NCBI GenBank assembly: GCA_951406725.2
Contig: OX597817.1
Coordinates: forward strand, 107,570,001 to 107,634,000
Direction: 5' to 3'
Length of the DNA: 64,000 nt
Origin: Octopus vulgaris
Lineage: Eukaryota
Position numbers and translations under genes: made by a program. Shown one piece after another: positions 55,651-64,000 of the stretch. Below the pieces are notes generated by a model, which was not told where the DNA came from, made no database searches, and saw nothing but the letters and a program-made list of their open reading frames with translations. Numbering within the stretch: position 1 is the stretch's first letter; each line of letters starts with the position of its first letter.

Positions 55651-56485
55651 TATTAATATCAAAAGGCAATCTTGACCTCCAACTTAAAATGAAGGTTGTG
55701 TTAGAACAAAAAAATATCACATTATTTACAATCACTCATATGGACACAAGGTGCATACTCATAATTATATTGATAGATGAGAACTGTCTCCTACATCTGC
55801 TGGAACTGCTAGGTGAAGTGATTTCACCTTGCTATGAGTTTTTCAGTGACACATGTCCAGCAGCAACATAACAGCTGAATCTCCCATCATGGTATATAGA
55901 ATATCAGTGTCTATTCATCACTGGTATCAGTAGGCTTATTAGAAAAACATTAATAGGGAGGAGCCCATACCAGGATAAAATCATGTGATCTGGCAATTCT
56001 GGTGGCCATAACAGACAGTTCTCACCTGTGAACAATATAATTACAAGTGCTTTTATGCATCGTGAGTCCGTGTGAGTGATCTTCTCAAGGTAAATAACAC
56101 AGTATTCTGTGTTCTAACACAATTTCCATGTTAAGATGGAGATCAAGATTGCCTTTTGGTATTAATACTACTTCTGTCACTGTTAATTACATTTTAAGAA
56201 GCCCACTGGCTATTTGCGATATTAGTGCCTGAATAGACACGAATATTCTATATATTGTTGATGGGAGATTCAGCTGTTATGTCACTGTTAGACATCTGTC
56301 ACTGAGGAGATCATGGCAGGGTGAAATCACGTGAACTGGAAGTTTCAGCAGCCTTAGCAGACACCTCTTGTCTGTCAATGATATAATTACAAATGCTTTT
56401 ATGCACCATGAAACCATGCTAGTAAATAACATTATATTCTGTGTTCTAACACAACCTCCATGTTAAGTTGGGTATCAAAATTGCC
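55651..56485. repeat. Three diverged copies of a roughly 300-bp unit (one forward, two inverted in tandem)
   Basis: 55651-55716 matches the reverse complement of 56103-56167 and of 56435-56485; 55871-55922 matches the reverse complement of 56223-56280. Confidence 0.8.
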
Positions 56486-59400
56486 AACATAAATATTTTG
56501 AAATATTCGATAATTCTTAAAAACATTTAATTCTAAAACAATAATATAATTAGCTGTCCTAACAAAGTATTCTTGGACATTATGCTCACTAAGAAGATTG
56601 AAGATAACCCCACTTAAGATAACAGTATTGTTTGGCAAGTCATGTAATGACTACTTTTGCTTGAAGAGGAAGCCAACAAGCTAATGTGAAACATTTTGCA
56701 GGGTTGTCATTCGTGCTTTATGGCTTGCCAAATATATTAATTAAATAACCCCACTTCTTAAAATTTTCAGTGCACCATTGCAATCTGGTCTATGATGCAG
56801 TGGACCTGTATTTATGAAAATTTTGACAGTTCAAGAAATAAAGTGAAAATGCGAATATAACAGCACTCTGACATACCTTGATTTATATCAGTAACTGGTT
56901 CTAAGACATGCGATTTAACTTGTAAGACTTGTAATTTAACTTGCTCAAAAAACTGTTACAAAAATTCCTTGAAATACATTTAAAAAAGACTACCAGTCAC
57001 TATAAAATGCTATACTTTAAGCATTTAAGTAAAAATAAACAAGTTTACTTCTGTTTTAATAAATTATTTGTGCGTCTTTTCATAAGTATTTTTAAACTGT
57101 TTTTGATCTTTGACTTCAGTATTGGGGTTTTTTTTTGTGTTCTTCGTTTTTTTTAGTTATGCTTTTAGATATGTTTGCCAAAACTGGTGTAAAGTAGAAG
57201 ATAATATTTAAATGACATAAGTTGAGGTATGCTTGTGTATATTATGATTTTAGAAGGCTAAACTGGCTGTGCTATGATGTAATTGTTTCAGTTTCAATAC
57301 ATAGTCTCAGATCAAGTTCTTTATTATTAAAATAATACTACTTATTATTTTCAGCAAGATTAAATACATTTTTAGTATATGAATATCATAAAAATTTAAA
57401 TATCTGAATTAACATTGAGGTTTGTAGCTTGACTTACTAGAGATAGCAGTTAGATTTCCCTTATTGTTTAATGAGATGGTATATATCTGGATATACTACT
57501 TATGTTTTTTAAAAGAAAGAAAAAAGATGGATAGAATGCTTTTCACACAAGGTTTGCTCTTATATGTATATACATAAATATATGTGTGTGTATACACACA
57601 TAAGCACAAATGCATGCGCACACATACATACTTACATGCATGTACATATATTAAATAATTATGTTTCCTTAATTTTCTATTTTAAAACCAGTTTAAGACT
57701 GCCCTGGTTTCTCCATGATTGCCAATACAAAGAGAATTCTGTCATGACATTGACAGCAGTGAAAACCTTGAAATGTATCTTCCTTATAAATAGCTCAAAT
57801 ACGAACATGTATAGTGGAGATACTGTTGACTGTACTTTCTCCACATCTATAAGCAATGTTCTTTTCAATGTATCTTCACAAATATTATGTTATAACCATG
57901 TCAGATAAGCTTTTGTGAAGTAGTTTGCATATTTAGCTGGTTGTGATGCATCTGTAATTAAAAGATTCATTTTTGTGACTGTCTATAAAAAAATATTACT
58001 TGAGTAATATGCATTTGTATGTGTTACACTACATGTGTGTACATATATATATATTCTTTGTTTTGTGCATCCTACTAATATATTTAATTCTAAAATAATT
58101 TCTTTGCTGATCAGAATATAATTTATTCTTTAACCTCAAAGTATGCAACTAGCCTCTTATCATAATCGCTACTTTTTATGATTTTATATTTTATCAGAAA
58201 CTAAATTCTGTGTTGTTACTTGAAATATCTTTCTGTATCTTAGAGTAGCAGACAGCCTGTATTTTGTACATTGAAGAAATATCATTGGTTGGAAATCTCA
58301 TTAACATGAAATTGGGCAAAAGTTCATTGATCTTATAATTATAGGCCTTAGCTACTGTTCTGCTAAGTTCTTCACAGGAGCTGATTATCTCCTTTTCAAA
58401 GCATTCATATGTTAAACAGTATTAAAGAATGCTATTCTGAACATTTCCAGTGCAATAATACATTCATGTTTCTATGCTTTAGAATTATTCTATTTCTTTC
58501 TGCTTTGCTGAATGCAAGTAGAATTTTGCAGCTGTAAGTTCTGTTAGTTATTTACTATTTCCATTCCAAGTGTCAGACTATCCATTTTTACACCCACTGA
58601 TAGCTATCCATTTGTTTCTCTATCAAGTGTTTGCTGCTTACTACTTTCCACAGATGTGATCAATAAATAATAGAAGAGATTTAATTAGTAATTTATATTA
58701 TTAATGAATTCTTTCAGTTTTTATTAGTATGCATTAAAGTTTATACATTTTTAGCTATTTGAATAGGCAGCAAAGCAACCGTAATATTATTTTTTGCAGT
58801 ACAAAATGAAATTATGAATTTATGCAAGAAGCTGAATTTTTTTTAATATAAATTTTGAATGTCAGTTATTTGGTATGGTAAAAGATATGCATAATTTTAC
58901 TAGATCTTATCCTTCACATCCCGAATGTTTTGTCCATAAAGGTTATGGGTTGTTATGTATTCTAAAGGGCTAAAAAAGGCAACTTCATTATAGTTTCCTA
59001 AAATACTTGGTGCAACAACCAAATTTCCCCGAATAAACTAAATGAAACAACATGTTTGAGGTTATAAATATTGGTATGTTGTGCCACACAATAAGGATGA
59101 GATGGCTACACTAAAAACATATCAAAACATTGAGGGTGCTTTGTTTTTTAGTTACCTCTACCCTGTGTATTCATTTTATTTTATTTAATTATTATTCTTT
59201 TTTGCAGAGCTGTGTTTATGATAATAGTAAAAACTTCTTTAAGAATACAGAATTTTTTAATAATTCATCTAAAATCAGTATGGTAAAATATTCATCAAAT
59301 GGGAGTGTGGAGAAACTAAAACCAAAACAAATAGCAAATACTTTTATAATGCACTAAAAATTGCATTTGCAATTTTCAGTGCATTATAAATTTTATTTGC

Positions 59401-60881
59401 TATTTTGATGTGTTTGACTGTACAATATTCCATTCAAAATTTGGTTTTGAATAAAATGCTAAATTAATAATTTTGAGAAAATCTTTAGATCAATTTTTCA
59501 GCTTATGTAATATTAATCTTTGATAGAATATAAGATTTGAAGTACATTCAATGTGATAAGCAGTATTATAGTATACTGTACTGTTAACAGTTACGACTAG
59601 TATTTGAATTGCTTTTTGTAGTATATATAGTAAGTTTGTTAGCAGCTAGACAGCATAAAACCCCATGAGGCTATCAATACAGTCAGGTGAAATGGAATGA
59701 AATAAACAGAGGAATAAGACATTCTGAAAATTTATTTTTGGTTAAATTTTATTTTGATTATACTGGAATGGAATCACCTGTTTCTTTCAGACTAAAAGAG
59801 TTAAACACTGCTTGAGAAATCTTAGTGCAGAACAGGTGCTGTAAACATTCAATTTCTTGAATTTACTGCTGGTTATATAAAATTTTCATCTACTCTCCAA
59901 TCTTACTTATAACATCTAGGTCTGTTCAATGAGGGGTAACCTGGGGATGAGTGATCACAATTGCTAAATTTAACTGGTGGAATTGAACATTAACTATACT
60001 ATCACTTGATTGTGTAAAAATAAAAAAAAACAATAACAAAATGGCAACAACAATATAAACTATGTCTACTCCTTCTTTATGGGCTTATGCAAAATAAATA
60101 AATAAATGATAAATGCAGACAGATATTTTGCTGGAGGCTTGATAACAGGTAAAGTATTTGATTTCAAAACTGTACTCAAAAAGTTCTTCTTAGAATAAAG
60201 CAAGAACAAATCCTGACATAAAAAAAAATCTAGCAGCAGCAGTAGTAATAGTAGTAGTAGTAGTAGTAATACTAAAAAGGGTGTATTTATTATATAAAAT
60301 TTATACTTAATGGCAGAATCATTGAATAAACATGGTATCATATCACCAGCTTTTAGATAATAAGTTCATGGCTTGTTATAGAGAGATGCATTTTGCCTCT
60401 TAGTTTGTGTTCCATTGACTTGAAAACAGACCTTCTTTCTTGAAAATTTGTAAAGTAAGACACTAAAATTGAAGAGCGTAAGTGGTGGTCTACATTAACA
60501 AGTTTATAATATAAAATAAGTTGGTTTGCCATTAGTCTTTTGTGAGTGTTTCCTCTCATTCTTTGAAGTAGAACGCTGCCATAAATATTTGAATTCTCTT
60601 CTGGAAAATTACCTGCTGTTTCCTTGCCAAATGGAAATTATAGCATTTACTTGACATTACTGAAAACATTGTATTTTTTTTAAAAAGACTAATTTTAGAT
60701 GTTTAATCATGTAGAAAGAGAGAAGAAACAAAGGAATACGTCATGGTACTTAAACATCCAGCCTTTGATAAGTACCTTGTCATATTTGACAAATACATCT
60801 CTAGCTCCTGAGTATTTTCTCATTGAGATATACATAATATATATATATATATATATATAAAGAGAGAGAGAGAGAGACAGA

Positions 60882-61060
60882 TGGGCTGAATCCTGGAAGT
60901 ACTACAATACCAGGCCAACCTGTGGCAAAGGCGGAGCAAGCCCCTAACACTTCGCCTTGTTCTAAAAATCAGTTTAATATCGATGGCCCCAAATAGGGAC
61001 CGTATCAGATATTAAGCTGATAAGAACGGATACTACACTTTGATCTTAGCCAAAAGGCTG
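60882..61060 (-). pseudogene. U2: U2 snRNA copy lacking about the first 9 nt (retro/pseudogene)
   Basis: Minus strand: CAGCCTTTTGGCTAAGATCAAAGTGTAGTATCCGTTCTTATCAGCTTAATATCTGATACG ... Sm-like ATTTTT ... stem-loop IV CCTGGTATTGTAGTACTTCCAGG. The 5' ATCGCTTCT is absent. Confidence 0.93.
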
Positions 61061-61980
61061 GTCTATGTGATATGGAAAGACGGCTCATCTGGAAAAGTAA
61101 CTTAGACCCCGCTACATGTCTGAATTCAAGAACTGAACTTTTCGCTCATGCCCACATGTGGCCAAATATTTGTTACATTTTTGGTCACCCAGAGACTACA
61201 GATAGAACTTGCTTTCTATATTGTGTCCACGCACAAGCTTTTTATCTCTTTATACTTTACTTATGTTTCTTATATATTTTTATTCATATTTTTTTACATA
61301 TATTTCTTACATATTTATAGTGATATTGATTTATAGGTTTATTGCTTATATATTTTTTACACATAATTTTTCTGTATTCTACCTTCCACCCTGCATTTTT
61401 CCCTGTGCATATATAGACGTGTATATGGATTCTTTTGTGCGTGCGTGTGTGTGCGTATATAGTTGTGTGCGTGTGTGGGTGCATGTGTGATATAGATGTG
61501 TTTTACTCAGTGTTTTTACACATTTTCTTGTATTTTTGCCTTTAACCCTGCTTTTTCTTGTGTATAGACGTATGTATGATCTTTTTTGTGCGTGTGTCTG
61601 TGTGTGAGCGTATATAGGCGTGTGTGTGTGTGCATGCATATGGGTATGTGTGAATATAGACATGGTTGACTCTTTGTATACCCCCTTAGATGAATGTATA
61701 CATTTAGGTGCACGCATGTGGGTGTGCGGGCGTGCATGTGTAGGTATGAACATGTGTGCTTACGCGATACTCCCTTCCCTCACTTAGCAGTCATCCAAAT
61801 AGCTCTTTTGTCTTAATAACGGTCAACCACACAGTAATTTCCCTTTGTATAACAGTCATTTTTCATAGCATTTTTCCGATGGCCAGATAACTGAAGAGAT
61901 GGCGGCGTGGATTTCCACCTTGGCATCCAAAACTCGGAGTTTTATCATGGCTACCGAATAATTGTCACATATTACATTTA
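61061..61980 (+). mobile_element. 5'-truncated PLE 3' end (GIY-YIG C-terminus, 3' region and pseudo-LTR hammerhead)
   Basis: LCDMERRLIW...CLNSRTELF, then after a frameshift SCPHVAKYLL*, resembles the PLE endonuclease tail LCxxEKxxI...LNxRxEL...CxH..KxLL. HHR motif at 61882-61951. Ends in (TA)n. Confidence 0.65.
61882..61951 (+). ncRNA. Hammerhead motif, GAAA mutated to AAAA
   Basis: gccagataa-CTGAAGA-gatg..catcc-AAA-actcggagt-t-ttatcatggc; stems I (gataa/ttatc, gcca/tggc), II and III all pair. Confidence 0.65.
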
Positions 61981-61981
61981 C

Positions 61982-62023
<42 letters not shown>

Positions 62024-62773
62024 CTTTATAAATAATTAGATCATTTAGTTTTTCAATCAAACACGTTCTTTTACTTATACTAATGATTAAAGTTTCTGAA
62101 TTCATATTGAGGGAGAAGCCATCCCAAATGCAATAAGTAGTGCCAATAATCAAAATAATTTAATGAGTCATTCAGTTTTAAAAGAAATTTACCAAAGTTT
62201 GCAAAAGTTTCATATCATCTCCACACTTTAGTTTTTGCATCTAATTACTTTTGCAATTGATACTATTTAAAATGAAGATGCTTATTTTATCATTGTACAA
62301 TATGTGATATGAATGTTTAAAATTTTCCAAGAAACCAACTGAATATTTTGAAATGTTTTACATAATCTTACAGTGGAGAACTTGAAGGAGAAAGATTAAG
62401 AGAAAATGCACCAGGAGTATCATCATTGTCATCAACATCATTATCTTCCACCTTTGATGCTGGCATGGGTTGGTTGGTTTGACAGGACTTGACAAACCTG
62501 AAGACACTGCTTAGCTCTACTGTCTGCTTTGGCATGGTATCAATAACTGAATACCTTTGCTAACACCAACCACTTTACAGCATGTACTGAGTGCTTTTTA
62601 CATGGCACCAGTGCCAGTGAGGTCACCAAGTAACTTGTAAGACAAGAGCCCCTTAACTGAGTGGGGAGTAATATTGAGGGAAGTGGCTTTCTAATTAGAG
62701 GCTAGAGTATGATTAGAGAGACAGGAGCAAGTCTCTTTCAGTAAAGGATTTACATTGGTGTCCCAGTTGGAGA

Positions 62774-62815
<42 letters not shown>

Positions 62816-63497
62816 TAACTGGGCATACTCTCAAGTTACAGGGAGTTGTATGTAAGTGATATAGAGGATTGAATAAAGTCAATGAGCAGGGAAAAGAATC
62901 CAGTGAGTGAATATAGGTGGAAGGAGCAGGTGTTAGGAAGATATGTTGTGAGGGAGAATATAGTGGTTTCAATTCTTATTAAATTATTTGTCAACTCCAC
63001 TGTTGTTGTTTAGCCCCAGGTCATCCCTAATTGAGCACATGTATATAATGTAAGGTGTACCAGTCATGACCATCCCGCTTTGATTTTCTGCAGATATAAT
63101 ATATCCAGGACTATATTATTCAGTGTATTCTTCATTTAAGACATTAGGGTATGATTTGAGAAAGAGATTTTTGTGTTATTTCTAACAGATTTAGCAATCA
63201 TGTAGAGGTTGCCTTGTTGACTAGTCAGCACCAATATGATTTCCTGTTGGCCTGAACAGTCTTTAATTAGTTCATATGATGTGTAGGTGTTCCTTAAATT
63301 GTTTTCCTTCACTTATTGTCAGACTAAGATTGCCATTTGTACTTTACAAAATTGTTATAAGGGATCTCCGCCAAAATAACATCTCAAATGTTTTACATGT
63401 ATAAGAGCTGAGAAAAATCTTAACAAGTGGCAAAATGGTAATTCTGAAGTTGTTGATAACATCTCCTATTTTTAGTATATATATATATATAGATGTA

Positions 63498-63561
<64 letters not shown>

Positions 63562-63815
63562 TGTATGCATATATGTATGTATATATATGTGTATATAGAT
63601 GTATGCATATATGTATGTATATATATGTGTATATAGATGTATGCATATATGTATGTATATATATATATGTGTATATATATGTATGTATATGTATTTTATT
63701 ATCTCCCCTTTTTCCTAGCCCTCCTGTGTGACCCCTCTGTCTGGCATTTGCCATGATAGATCGTTAGCCACTAAACCTTTTTCTATTTTCTCTCCTTGTT
63801 TATTTTTGCATTCCT

Positions 63816-63851
63816 GTCTTTCGAAGAGCATAGGCCTGAAACGTAAAAGAC
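63816..63851 (+). ncRNA. Degenerate minimal hammerhead motif
   Basis: gtcttt-C(T missing)GAAGA-gcataggcct-GAA-acgt-A-aaagac; perfect 6-bp stem I and palindromic stem III. Confidence 0.5.
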
Positions 63852-63939
63852 TTTCTCACTTCCCGAACTTTAAACTAATACATCTGTTTGTTGTTTACAC
63901 ACCTGTCTTCATCCTTTGCTTTTTTGTAAATTCTCACTA

Positions 63940-64000
<61 letters not shown>

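Noticed and set aside
60882-61060. Functional U2 gene
   Set aside because: The 5' end is missing, the upstream sequence is TE-like rather than a PSE, and a microsatellite replaces the 3' box.

Overview
AT-rich, CpG-depleted animal genomic DNA made almost entirely of intronic/intergenic repeats. The SINE/LINE/microsatellite mix resembles an octopus (coleoid cephalopod) genome; that assignment is an inference. No intact protein-coding gene is evident, and nearly all long ORFs in the track are translations of (TA)n/(TG)n microsatellites. Supported features: a 5'-truncated RTE LINE plus fragments, decayed Penelope-like element (PLE) pieces, two mariners (one showing the D34D motif), a D37D maT/Tc1 element, several MITEs, many tRNA-derived SINEs and a near full-length U2 snRNA copy. 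The most striking signal is a recurring architecture of head-to-head foldbacks carrying outward-pointing minimal hammerhead ribozyme (HHR) motifs. Examples: (i) a 536-bp palindrome of two units of tRNA-type Pol III head + (AAT)n + HHR, inside a 9-bp target-site duplication; (ii) a foldback whose antisense arm lacks the HHR CUGANGA core; (iii) a PLE 3' fragment whose inverted 5' partner is a U2 snRNA copy. About seven HHR-like motifs occur in the 64 kb. Coordinates were read by eye, and the ends of degenerate repeats are approximate.
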